DNA from: Burkholderiales bacterium
GTDB lineage: Bacteria > Pseudomonadota > Gammaproteobacteria > Burkholderiales > SG8-39
Direction: 5' to 3'
Assembly: GCA_035286595.1 (NCBI GenBank)
Contig: DATEDA010000069.1
Span: 10,497-74,496, forward strand
Length of the DNA stretch: 64,000 nucleotides
Both the position numbers and the translations under genes were made by a program. Each line of letters begins with the position of its first letter. Position 1 is the first letter of the stretch. The notes under the pieces were generated by a model that was not told the DNA's origin, did no database searches, and was given only the letters and a program-made list of their open reading frames with translations. Positions 11,250 to 19,334 of the stretch are shown here, in pieces.

Positions 11250-11495
11250 TCAGATCTTGAGGATCTTCTTCGCCTTCGCGAGCGTGTCGACCGACTCCTG
11301 ATGCTTGCCGGCCTTGTGGAGCGTCTCGCCCGCGGCCCGGAGCTTCTTCACGTCCGCCATTTCCTGGGCCGAGAGCTTCGGGTTCTTCGCGAGCGCGGCG
11401 TCGATCGCCTTCATGTCCCCGGGGCATTGGAACGCGAATGCCGGGGCGGCGGCGAGCAGGCCGGCGACGAGCAACGCTGTCAGATGGATCTTCAC
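11250..11495 (-). CDS. Small secreted/periplasmic protein, function unknown
   Basis: GTG start at 11495 preceded by AGGAGA (aggagaagtcaaaGTG). Signal peptide KIHLTALLVAGLLAAAPAFA, then a helical K/A-rich mature part. The upstream part of track ORF 11250..11633 looks non-coding. Confidence 0.6.
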   Translation of the reverse strand: MKIHLTALLVAGLLAAAPAFAFQCPGDMKAIDAALAKNPKLSAQEMADVKKLRAAGETLHKAGKHQESVDTLAKAKKILKI

Positions 11496-11716
11496 TTTGA
11501 CTTCTCCTCTTATTCGGATCGACTCGAGACTTCCGGCCGTCCGGCGCCGTCGCGCCGGGCCCGGCCGTACGCGAGAAACATTCCCGCGGCCCGCATTATT
11601 CCACGCGCGCGGGGCCTTGCGGAAAATTCGCACGGGTGCCGTCCTGAGCCACCGCCCGAAGCGGGGTTCGCGCGTAGAATCCTCGCCTCAAGAGCAGCAC
11701 CGCGACTAGGCTTCCC

Positions 11717-12337
11717 GTGAACGCCCCGCAGCACCCCGGCTCCTACTCCGCACGCTGGCTTCGCGAACGCTTCGCGACGCCGCGCGCCGTAGCGCCGGTG
11801 ACGACGGGGGACGGGCACCTCTGGCGAAAGGATCGCGAGATCCGGCCCGCTGCGGTGCTGGTCCCGGTCGTCAACCGCGACGACGAGCTGACGATCCTGT
11901 TCACGAAGCGCACCGCGCACCTGCACGATCACGCCGGCCAGATCAGTTTTCCGGGCGGGCGTGCGGAGGACGGCGACCCCTCGCCCGGGGACACCGCGTT
12001 GCGCGAGACGGCCGAGGAGATCGGACTCGCGCCCGATCGGGTCGAGATTCTCGGCCGACTCACCGAGTACACGACGGTGACAGGCTATCGTGTCACGCCG
12101 GTGGTCGGCCTCGTGACCCCGCCGCTCGCGCTGAAGCTCGATGACTTCGAGGTCGCGGAGGTGTTCGAAGTCCCGCTCTCGTTTCTCCTCGACCCGGCGA
12201 ACCACCAGCGCAATCTCGTCGTGCACGAGGGCAACGAGCGGCACTACTACGCGATGCCATACGGGCGCCACTACATCTGGGGCGCGACGGCCGGGATGCT
12301 GATGAACCTCTACGCTCATCTCGGGCGGCCCGCATAG
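11717..12337 (+). CDS. CoA pyrophosphatase (NUDIX hydrolase, NudL-like)
   Basis: 206 aa. Nudix box GGRAEDGDPSPGDTALRETAEEIGL, preceded by the LFTKRTAHLHDHAGQISFPGG signature of CoA pyrophosphatases. GTG start. Confidence 0.85.
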   Translation: MNAPQHPGSYSARWLRERFATPRAVAPVTTGDGHLWRKDREIRPAAVLVPVVNRDDELTILFTKRTAHLHDHAGQISFPGGRAEDGDPSPGDTALRETAEEIGLAPDRVEILGRLTEYTTVTGYRVTPVVGLVTPPLALKLDDFEVAEVFEVPLSFLLDPANHQRNLVVHEGNERHYYAMPYGRHYIWGATAGMLMNLYAHLGRPA

Positions 12338-12399
12338 CCATGACTTCGCCCTGAGCAGTTGGCTATACTCCTTCGGTCGTACGACCAAAGGAAGCCGCC

Positions 12400-13263
12400 A
12401 TGCGAATCGAAGACCAGCGGCGCAGCGACCAGATCGAGGACCGCCGCGGCATGTCCGTCGGGCGCGGAGTGGCCGGCGGCGGTATCGGGCTCGTCGTGAT
12501 CGTGCTGCTGGCGCTGTTCTTCAATATCGATCCGAGCCTCCTCCTGCAGGGCGGCGCGCCGCCCGGCGCCGTCCCGCAGGCGCCGGAACAGCGAGTCGAG
12601 GCTCGCGCGCCGTCGCGCGAGGACAAGATGGCGGACTTCATCGCCGCCGTCCTCGGCAGCACCGAGGATACGTGGACCGAACTCTTCGCACGCAGCGGTC
12701 GCGCCTACCGGAAGCCGACGCTCGTGCTCTTCACCGGCGCGGTGCAGTCGGCGTGCGGGTTTGCCCAGGCGGCCGTGGGCCCGTTCTACTGCCCTGCCGA
12801 CCAGAAGCTCTACATCGATCTCGCGTTCTACCGCGATCTTCAGGACCGCTTCCGGGCCCCGGGTGACTTCGCCCAGGCCTATGTCGTTGCGCACGAGGTG
12901 GGGCACCACGTCCAGAACCTTCTCGGCATCGCCGAGAAGGTCCAGGCCGCGCAGCAGCGCGCTGGCCAGCGGGGCGCGGCAGCGCTCTCGATCCGGATGG
13001 AGCTGCAGGCCGACTGCCTTGCCGGTATCTGGGCGGCGCACGCGAACCGGTCGAAACGGATCCTCGAGCCGGGCGACCTGGAGGAGGGGCTGAACGCCGC
13101 GGCTGCGGTCGGCGACGACCGCATCCAGATGGCCTCGCGCGGCTACGTCTCGCCCGAGTCGTTTACGCACGGCAGCTCCCAGCAGCGCGTGCGCTGGTTC
13201 CGGCGCGGCTTGGAGACGAGCGACCTCAAGGCGTGCGATACCTTCGCCATAGCCAATCTTTGA
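12400..13263 (+). CDS. Neutral zinc metallopeptidase, YpfJ-like
   Basis: 287 aa. N-terminal IEDRRG, one TM segment, GPFYCPADQKLYIDL, and zinc motif AHEVGHHVQ. Confidence 0.85.
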   Translation: MRIEDQRRSDQIEDRRGMSVGRGVAGGGIGLVVIVLLALFFNIDPSLLLQGGAPPGAVPQAPEQRVEARAPSREDKMADFIAAVLGSTEDTWTELFARSGRAYRKPTLVLFTGAVQSACGFAQAAVGPFYCPADQKLYIDLAFYRDLQDRFRAPGDFAQAYVVAHEVGHHVQNLLGIAEKVQAAQQRAGQRGAAALSIRMELQADCLAGIWAAHANRSKRILEPGDLEEGLNAAAAVGDDRIQMASRGYVSPESFTHGSSQQRVRWFRRGLETSDLKACDTFAIANL

Positions 13264-13336
13264 ACGCCAGCGGCTACCGCGGCCGCGGCGACGCGAGGCC
13301 GCGAGCGCCGGCCTTTGACCGGCGCCTTCGCAGTCG

Positions 13337-14347
13337 ATGAGTTTTCTCTCGCTTGTCCTCGCGCTCGTGCTGGAGCACCTGCGTCCGACGGTCGACCGGA
13401 GGGTAGTGCTCGCGCCGGTCGCGGCCTACTCCGGGTTGCTCGAGCGGCACTTCGACGCCGGCGAGGCGCAGCAGGGCGTGATCGCGTGGGTGCTCGCAGT
13501 GGTCCCGCTCGTCCTGGCGAGCTGGGCGATCTATGCCGGTCTCGCCGCGATCAATCCGCTGCTCGGGCTCGGGTTCAACGTCGCGGCGCTCTACCTGACC
13601 ATGGGTTTCCGGCAGCACAGCCAGCGCTTCAACGCCGTCCAGAGAGCGCTCAAGGACGGCGACCTCGCCGAGGCCCGCCGCGTGCTCGGCGAGTGGCGGG
13701 GGCATCCTTGCGACGGGCTGTCCGCGTCCGAGGTCGCCCGCCTCGCGATCGAAGGGGCGTTCCTCGTCGCGCATCGCCATGTGTTTGGCGTGATGCTCTG
13801 GTTCCTGCTGCTGCCCGGCCCGAGCGGCGCAGTGCTCTACCGCTTGGCGCAGTTCCTGGCCGACCGTTGGGGGGGAACGGATCGCGCGGCCCGAGCGGGG
13901 CGAATGTTCGGGGCGCAGCTTGCCGGTCTGGAGCCGCCCGAAGGAGGCACCCCGCCGGCGCCCTCCGACGACGACGGGCCGGGGCGGTTCGGCGAGTTCG
14001 CTCGGGCGGCATTTCATGTGATCGACTGGCTGCCCGCACGGTGCACGGCGGCTTCGTTCGCGATCGTCGGTGACTTCGAGGATGCGGTGTATTGCTGGCG
14101 CACCCAGGCGGCGCGCTGGCCCGATCCGCTGCTCGGCGTGGTGTTGGCCGCCGGAGCCGGTGCGCTCGGGCTGCGCCTGGGCATGCCCATTGCCCCCGGC
14201 GGCGGTGTCGAGGACCGGCCGGAACTCGGCCTCGGCGAGGAGGCGGACGCGCCGTTCCTCGACAGCGCGGTCGGGCTCATCTGGCGCGCGCTGGTGCTCT
14301 GGCTCGCGTTGGTGCTGGTCGTGACGGTGGCTTCGGCATTCGGCTAG
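13337..14347 (+). CDS. CobD/CbiB/AmpE-family integral membrane protein
   Basis: 336 aa. The N-terminus MSFLSLVLALVLEHL and the overall TM layout resemble the AmpE/CobD family. The assignment is to family level only. Confidence 0.7.
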   Translation: MSFLSLVLALVLEHLRPTVDRRVVLAPVAAYSGLLERHFDAGEAQQGVIAWVLAVVPLVLASWAIYAGLAAINPLLGLGFNVAALYLTMGFRQHSQRFNAVQRALKDGDLAEARRVLGEWRGHPCDGLSASEVARLAIEGAFLVAHRHVFGVMLWFLLLPGPSGAVLYRLAQFLADRWGGTDRAARAGRMFGAQLAGLEPPEGGTPPAPSDDDGPGRFGEFARAAFHVIDWLPARCTAASFAIVGDFEDAVYCWRTQAARWPDPLLGVVLAAGAGALGLRLGMPIAPGGGVEDRPELGLGEEADAPFLDSAVGLIWRALVLWLALVLVVTVASAFG

Positions 14348-14369
14348 AAGGACCCGAGACCTCCGCTGG

Positions 14370-14693
14370 TCATTCCCCCGGTCGCGTCTCGCGATGCGCG
14401 CCGCACTTCCAGCAGGTGTCGAACTGTCCCTCGAGCCACTCACGGCAGACGCCGCAGGTCCACGCCGGCGCCGGCGGCGGGGGCCGCCGCCAAGCCTCCA
14501 GAAGCGCCTCGGCGCGCGGCCGGTCGGACTCGCGCGACAGATGGAGCTCGAGCGCGCAGTCGATGAACGGGATCTCGCCGGCGAGCCGCGACAGCAGCTC
14601 GTTCTTCACCCAGCAGCGGATGCCTTCGGCCTCGAGGACGTTCTTGAGGTGATGGATCTCGAGCAGGTTGAGCGAGGTGAGCAGCGGCCTCAT
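14370..14693 (-). CDS. DUF2007-like small protein with C-terminal CxxC...CxxC zinc ribbon
   Basis: 107 aa from ATG 14693, which overlaps the rsgA stop as ATGA. It reads MRPLLTSLNLLEIHHLKNVLEAEGIRCWVKNE...CGVCREWLEGQFDTCWKCG. The upstream part of track ORF 14370..15275 is an off-frame shadow of rsgA. Confidence 0.7.
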   Translation of the reverse strand: MRPLLTSLNLLEIHHLKNVLEAEGIRCWVKNELLSRLAGEIPFIDCALELHLSRESDRPRAEALLEAWRRPPPPAPAWTCGVCREWLEGQFDTCWKCGAHRETRPGE

Positions 14694-15580
14694 CGGTGTG
14701 CGAGCTCGGCGTCGAGGATCCGGTGGAGGAGCTCGAGCCGCCGCGGGTGCACCGCGCCCGCTTCGGCGGCGTCGCGCACCGCGCAACCGGGCTCGGTGCG
14801 GTGCCGGCAGTCGCGAAAGCGGCAACGTCCGGCAAAAGGTGCGAGCTCGGGAAAGCCGCGCTCGATCTCGGCCGGGGTCAGGTGTGCGAGGCCGAACTCC
14901 TGCACGCCCGGCGAATCGATGATCGCGCTCGCCGCGTCGAGACGGTAGAGGCGGGTGTGGCTGGTCGTGTGCCGGCCGGAATCGAGGAAGCGCGAGATCT
15001 CCTGCGTCGTCGCCTGGGCATCTGGAACCAGCGCATTGACAAGCGTCGATTTGCCCATCCCCGACTGCCCGATCAGCACTGTAGTCTCCCCGGCCAGGCG
15101 GCTGCGCAGCGCGGCGACGTCCCGCTTCGCACTGGTCTCGACGAGCGGGTAGCCCGCGCGGGCGAGCGGGGCGAGTCGCTCCCGGAGCGCAACCGTCGCC
15201 GCCTCGAGGTCGGTCTTGTTGACCACGATGAGACCGCGCATGCCCTGCGCGCTGGCGGCGACGAGGACGCGGCACACGAGCTCATCGCTCACGCTCGGCT
15301 CGCCAGCAGTGATCACCGCGACTTGCGTCGCGTTCGCTGCGATCAGCTTGCGGCGATGCGGCGCGGCGCGCAGGAACAGCGTCGCGCGCGGGTCGGGCGC
15401 CTCGATCACGCCTTCGCCCCGGCCGGTGCGCTTGACGAGCACCCGGTCGCCGCACGCGTACTGCGCGTGACGACCGCGCGCGAGGCAGGGAATGAAGTCG
15501 CCGCCGCGGCTCTCGACGAGAAACCGCCTGCCGTACGCGGCCACCACCTGGCCGGAAACGTGCGCGGCGTGCTGGCTCAT
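14690..15580 (-). CDS. rsgA: Ribosome small-subunit-dependent GTPase A
   Basis: 296 aa. Circularly permuted GTPase motifs VVNKTDL and GQSGMGKSTLVNAL. C-terminal zinc knuckle CRFRDCRHRTEPGCAV. Confidence 0.92.
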   Translation of the reverse strand: MSQHAAHVSGQVVAAYGRRFLVESRGGDFIPCLARGRHAQYACGDRVLVKRTGRGEGVIEAPDPRATLFLRAAPHRRKLIAANATQVAVITAGEPSVSDELVCRVLVAASAQGMRGLIVVNKTDLEAATVALRERLAPLARAGYPLVETSAKRDVAALRSRLAGETTVLIGQSGMGKSTLVNALVPDAQATTQEISRFLDSGRHTTSHTRLYRLDAASAIIDSPGVQEFGLAHLTPAEIERGFPELAPFAGRCRFRDCRHRTEPGCAVRDAAEAGAVHPRRLELLHRILDAELAHR

Positions 15581-15642
15581 CGGACTACCCTCGCGCTTGA
15601 CCGCGCTCGGGGTTCGCCCTTGGGGCGGCCCGGCGGGCTCAT
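15577..15642 (-). CDS. Candidate repeat-encoded mini-ORF 2 (21 aa, [21 protein letters not shown])
   Basis: ATG at 15642 is preceded by GAGGG plus 7 nt. Its TGA overlaps the rsgA ATG as ATGA. Translation is unproven. Confidence 0.3.
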   Translation of the reverse strand: MSPPGRPKGEPRARSSARVVR

Positions 15643-15704
15643 TGGACTACCCTCGCGGCTACGGCCGCTCGGGGTTCGCCCTTGGGGCGGCCCGGCGGGC
15701 TCAC
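15639..15704 (-). CDS. Candidate repeat-encoded mini-ORF 1 (21 aa, [21 protein letters not shown])
   Basis: The GTG at 15704 lies 1 nt after the M48 stop. Its TGA overlaps the next ATG as ATGA. Translation is unproven. Confidence 0.3.
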   Translation of the reverse strand: MSPPGRPKGEPRAAVAARVVQ

Positions 15705-15705
15705 G

Positions 15706-16962
15706 CTAACCCGCGGCCCGCGACAGCTCCTGCAGGCGCGCGATTCGCAGCGCCGCCGGCGGATGCGAGTCGTAGAACGCGGAGTGCACCGGGTCAGGCG
15801 TCAGCGTCGCGGCGTTGTCCTGGTACAGCTTGACCAGCGCCCGGATGAGCTCCTGCGCGTCCGCGTGGCTCGCCGCGTACGCGTCGGCTTCGTACTCGTG
15901 GCGGCGGGAGTAGAGGCTGCCGATCGGCTGCAGCAAGAACGTGAACACCGGCACGACCATGAGGAAGAGGAGGAGCGCAACTGCGGTGCTCCGTCGCTCG
16001 ACGCCGAGTGCCTCGTAGAACCAGGGCTGGTCGATCAGATAGCCGAGCGCCGCGAGGAACGCGAGGCTGCCGAGGAACAGCCAGGCGATCCGCTTCCATA
16101 CGTGGTGGCGCCTGAAGTGACCGAGCTCGTGGGCGAGCACCGCCTCGACCTCGCCCGGTCCGAGCCGGGAGAGCAGGGTGTCGAAGAACACGATCCGCTT
16201 CGCGGCGCCGAAACCCGTGAAGTACGCGTTGCCGTGGCTCGAGCGCTTGGAGCCGTCCATCACGAACAGCCCCTTCGAGCGAAACCCGCACTTCACGAGC
16301 AGCCGCTCGATGCGGTCCTTGAGCGCCAGGTCTTCCAGCGGCGTGAATCTGTTGAATAGCGGGGCAATCAGGGTCGGATAGACGACCAACATGACGAGGT
16401 TGAATCCGATCCACGTGAGCCAGACCCAGAGCCACCACAAGCTGCCCATCTGCGCCATCAGCCACAGCACGGCGAGCATCAGTGGCACGCCGATCGCGAG
16501 GCCGAGCACGATGCTCTTCGCGAGGTCAGCGACGAAGAGCGCCGGCGTCATGCGATTGAAGCCGAACCGCGCCTCGATGACGAAGGTCCGGTAGATGGAG
16601 AGTGGCAAGTCGATCGCTCCGGTGATCGCGGCGACGCTCAGGATGAGCGCGATCCCGTGCGCGTAGCCCGCCGGGTCGAACACCCGCGCCCAGAGGTCGA
16701 ACAGCGCCTGCAGCCCACCGCCGAGCGTGAAGGCGAGCAGCACGACCGCCGAGAGCAGCGCATCGACGCTGCCGAACCGGGTCTTCGCGGCGGTGTAGTC
16801 GGCGGCTTTCTGGTGGGCAGGGAGCGCCACGCTCTCGGCGAAACCGGGCGGGACCGCGTCGCGGTTCGCGGTCACGTAGCGGATGTGGCGGGACGCGAGC
16901 CAGATCCGCGTCGCAGTGGCGATTGCGAGCGCGGCGAGGAAGGCGGTCGTGAAGGGATGCAT
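15706..16962 (-). CDS. M48 family zinc metallopeptidase (Ste24/HtpX-like, multi-TM)
   Basis: Frame of ORF 15706..16995. Zinc motif [10 protein letters not shown] and several TM segments. The track start is a TTG, so I prefer ATG 16962 (MHPFTTAF...). Confidence 0.9.
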   Translation of the reverse strand: MHPFTTAFLAALAIATATRIWLASRHIRYVTANRDAVPPGFAESVALPAHQKAADYTAAKTRFGSVDALLSAVVLLAFTLGGGLQALFDLWARVFDPAGYAHGIALILSVAAITGAIDLPLSIYRTFVIEARFGFNRMTPALFVADLAKSIVLGLAIGVPLMLAVLWLMAQMGSLWWLWVWLTWIGFNLVMLVVYPTLIAPLFNRFTPLEDLALKDRIERLLVKCGFRSKGLFVMDGSKRSSHGNAYFTGFGAAKRIVFFDTLLSRLGPGEVEAVLAHELGHFRRHHVWKRIAWLFLGSLAFLAALGYLIDQPWFYEALGVERRSTAVALLLFLMVVPVFTFLLQPIGSLYSRRHEYEADAYAASHADAQELIRALVKLYQDNAATLTPDPVHSAFYDSHPPAALRIARLQELSRAAG

Positions 16963-17026
16963 GCGGCGGGACAGGTGCCGTGTGAGACAATCCAATTCTA
17001 GTTGGACCGCCGCAAAATCAAAAGCG

Positions 17027-17578
17027 ATGCCGCAAGACGCGAATCACCTCGCCTGGCTCGACATGGAGATGACCGGCCTCGATCCGGACCGCGACCGGAT
17101 CCTCGAGGTCGCCGTCGTCGTGACCGATTCCCGGCTCGCCACGGTCGCCGAGGGACCGGTGCTGGTCGTGCACCAGGCGGACCGGGTCCTCGATGCCATG
17201 GACGACTGGAACCGGGCGACTCACGGGCGGTCCGGGCTCGTCGACCGCGTCCGGGCGTCCGGCCTCTCGGAGGCCGACGTCGAGGAGCGGCTGCTCGCGT
17301 TTCTCGCCGGCCACGTGCCGGCGAAGGCGTCGCCGATGTCCGGGAACTCCATCTGCCAGGACCGGCGGTTCCTCGCGCGCTGGATGCCGCGGCTCGAAGG
17401 CTACTTCCACTACCGCAACCTCGACGTCTCCACCCTCAAGGAGCTCATGCGGCGCTGGCGGCCCGATCTCGCGCGCGGCGTCGTCAAGCAGGGCAAGCAC
17501 GAGGCGCTTGCCGACATCTACGAGTCGATCGAGGAGCTGAAGTACTACCGGGAGAAATTCCTGAAGATCGAGGACTGA
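17027..17578 (+). CDS. orn: Oligoribonuclease
   Basis: ATG 17027 within ORF 16883..17578. Motifs [32 protein letters not shown] and [18 protein letters not shown]. Confidence 0.95.
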   Translation: MPQDANHLAWLDMEMTGLDPDRDRILEVAVVVTDSRLATVAEGPVLVVHQADRVLDAMDDWNRATHGRSGLVDRVRASGLSEADVEERLLAFLAGHVPAKASPMSGNSICQDRRFLARWMPRLEGYFHYRNLDVSTLKELMRRWRPDLARGVVKQGKHEALADIYESIEELKYYREKFLKIED

Positions 17579-17603
17579 GGCGTTCAATCGCCGGCGCTTG
17601 CCT

Positions 17604-18995
17604 TCAGTCTTCCACCGCGACCACCTTGCCCGGGTTCAGCAGGTTTTCCGGGTCGAGCGTCCGCTTGATCGCGACCATCAGGTCGACTCCCCCGTCGTGC
17701 TCTTTCCTGAGCCAGTCGATCTTTCCGAACCCGACACCGTGCTCGCCGGTGCAGGTCCCCTCCATGGCGAGCGCCCGGTCCACGAGCCGTTCGTTGAAGC
17801 GCTTCGCCTCGGCGAGGTCGGCCTCGACGTCGGGCCGGATGAGGATCATGCAATGGAAGTTGCCGTCGCCGACGTGCCCGAACATCGGAATCGGCATCGA
17901 GGCCTTGGCGATGTCCACGGCGGTCTCGACCATGCACTCGGTGAGGCGCGAGATCGGGACGCAGACATCGGTCGACACCGCCCGCGCGCCCGGGCGCAGC
18001 TGGAGCCCGGCGAAGTAGGCTTGGTGGCGCGCTGCCCACAGCCGGTTGCGATCCTCGGGCTTGGTCGTCCACTGGAAACCCTCGCCACCTCGCTCCTTGG
18101 CGATCTCCTGCACGAGCTCGGCCTGCTCGACCACGCCGCGCTCGCTGCCGTGAAACTCGAGGAACAGCGTGGGTTGTTCTTTGTAGGTCGTCTTGCTGTA
18201 CGCGTTGATCGCCTTCATGGTGGTCGCGCATAGCGCCTCGCTCCGCGCGATCGGGATGCCGGCCTGCAGCGTCTGGATCACGGTGCCGACCGCCCCTGCG
18301 ATGTCCTTGAAGGAGCATACGGCCGCCGACATCGCCTCGGGCACCGCGTAGAGACGCACCGTCACCTCGGTGATGACCCCGAGCGTTCCCTCCGAGCCCA
18401 CGAAGAGCCGGGTCAGGTCGTAGCCCGCCGCCGACTTCCGCGAGCGCCGCGAGGTTTTGATGATCCGGCCAGCCGCGGTGACGACCGTCAGCCCGAGCAC
18501 GTTCTCGCGCATCGTGCCGTAGCGCACCGCATTCGTGCCCGAGGCACGCGTGGCGGCCATCCCTCCGAGCGTCGCGTCGGCGCCCGGGTCGATCGGGAAG
18601 AAGAGCCCGGTGTGGCGGATCTCCTCGTTCAATGCCTTGCGCGTCACGCCCGCCTGCACGGTCGCATCGAGGTCCTCGACGTGCACCGCCAGCACCTTGT
18701 TCATCTGGCTCATGTCGACGCAGACGCCGCCGCGCGTGGCGAGGACGTGTCCCTCGACCGACGTGCCCACGCCGAACGGGATGAGCGGCGTGTGGTAGCG
18801 CCGGCAGAGGTTCACGATGTCGCGGACTTCTTCGGTCGAGCGCGGGAAAGCCACTGCATCCGGGGGCGCGTGCGGAAAGTACGACTCGTCCTTGCCGTGA
18901 TGCTCCCGTACCCCGCGCGAGGTCGTGACGCGGTCGCCGAGGAGTTCGCGGAGATCGGCGGCGAGCGCCGCGTCGAGCTCACGTGCGACATTCAT
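17604..18995 (-). CDS. FAD-linked oxidase (GlcD / D-lactate or D-2-hydroxyacid dehydrogenase family)
   Basis: 463 aa. FAD-binding PCMH-type N-terminus (PLIPFGVGTSVEGH) and a C-terminus GTCTGEHGVGFGK typical of the family. Confidence 0.9.
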   Translation of the reverse strand: MNVARELDAALAADLRELLGDRVTTSRGVREHHGKDESYFPHAPPDAVAFPRSTEEVRDIVNLCRRYHTPLIPFGVGTSVEGHVLATRGGVCVDMSQMNKVLAVHVEDLDATVQAGVTRKALNEEIRHTGLFFPIDPGADATLGGMAATRASGTNAVRYGTMRENVLGLTVVTAAGRIIKTSRRSRKSAAGYDLTRLFVGSEGTLGVITEVTVRLYAVPEAMSAAVCSFKDIAGAVGTVIQTLQAGIPIARSEALCATTMKAINAYSKTTYKEQPTLFLEFHGSERGVVEQAELVQEIAKERGGEGFQWTTKPEDRNRLWAARHQAYFAGLQLRPGARAVSTDVCVPISRLTECMVETAVDIAKASMPIPMFGHVGDGNFHCMILIRPDVEADLAEAKRFNERLVDRALAMEGTCTGEHGVGFGKIDWLRKEHDGGVDLMVAIKRTLDPENLLNPGKVVAVED

Positions 18996-19032
18996 CTCGG
19001 GTTCTCTCGGTGCCGGGCGAGGACGGCGTCGC

Positions 19033-19239
19033 TCACTCGAGCTCGATCTTGCCCTCGAATTTCACCGCCAGCTTGAGTGCCGGGATCTCGAGGGTCACTT
19101 GAGCGGGGAACGACTCGTTGCCCCTGATCGAGCCCGACTCGCGGGCCTTGACGACCGCCTGCTCGATGGCCCGCTGCGAGTTGACGCCCACCATCTTCAG
19201 GAACTTGCGGATCGAAAGGTTGAAGGTGTCTTCGTTCAT
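19033..19239 (-). CDS. Small conserved hypothetical protein (68 aa)
   Basis: ATG 19239 within ORF 19033..19338, reading MNEDTFNLSIRKFLKMVGVNSQRAIEQAV... GC3-rich codon usage. The family name is uncertain. Confidence 0.6.
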   Translation of the reverse strand: MNEDTFNLSIRKFLKMVGVNSQRAIEQAVVKARESGSIRGNESFPAQVTLEIPALKLAVKFEGKIELE

Positions 19240-19334
19240 GTCAGTTGCGCTCCGGGGGCGATGCCCCTTTGTAGAGGTCCCGAAACAGCGAACCGCGCTC
19301 GGATCACGCAGGGTAGTCGGCAGGGGAGGGCAAG

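Larger units (their letters stand above)
15577..15704 (-). repeat. Two tandem ~62-63 nt repeat units, sense to the M48-rsgA operon
   Basis: Minus-strand units (G/A)TGAGCCCGCCGGGCCGCCCCAAGGGCGAACCCCGAGCG[variable]GCGAGGGTAGTCC(A/G)ATG at 15704-15642 and 15642-15578. The same unit occurs at 1756-1817 and 46517-46593. Confidence 0.9.

Noticed and set aside
15577-15704. Interpretation of the ~60-nt repeat family as a MITE or IS remnant
   Set aside because: There are no terminal inverted repeats and no transposase. The units are arranged head-to-tail and are always sense to the flanking genes. The shared ATGAGC at unit borders reflects the tandem unit boundary and is not demonstrably a target-site duplication.
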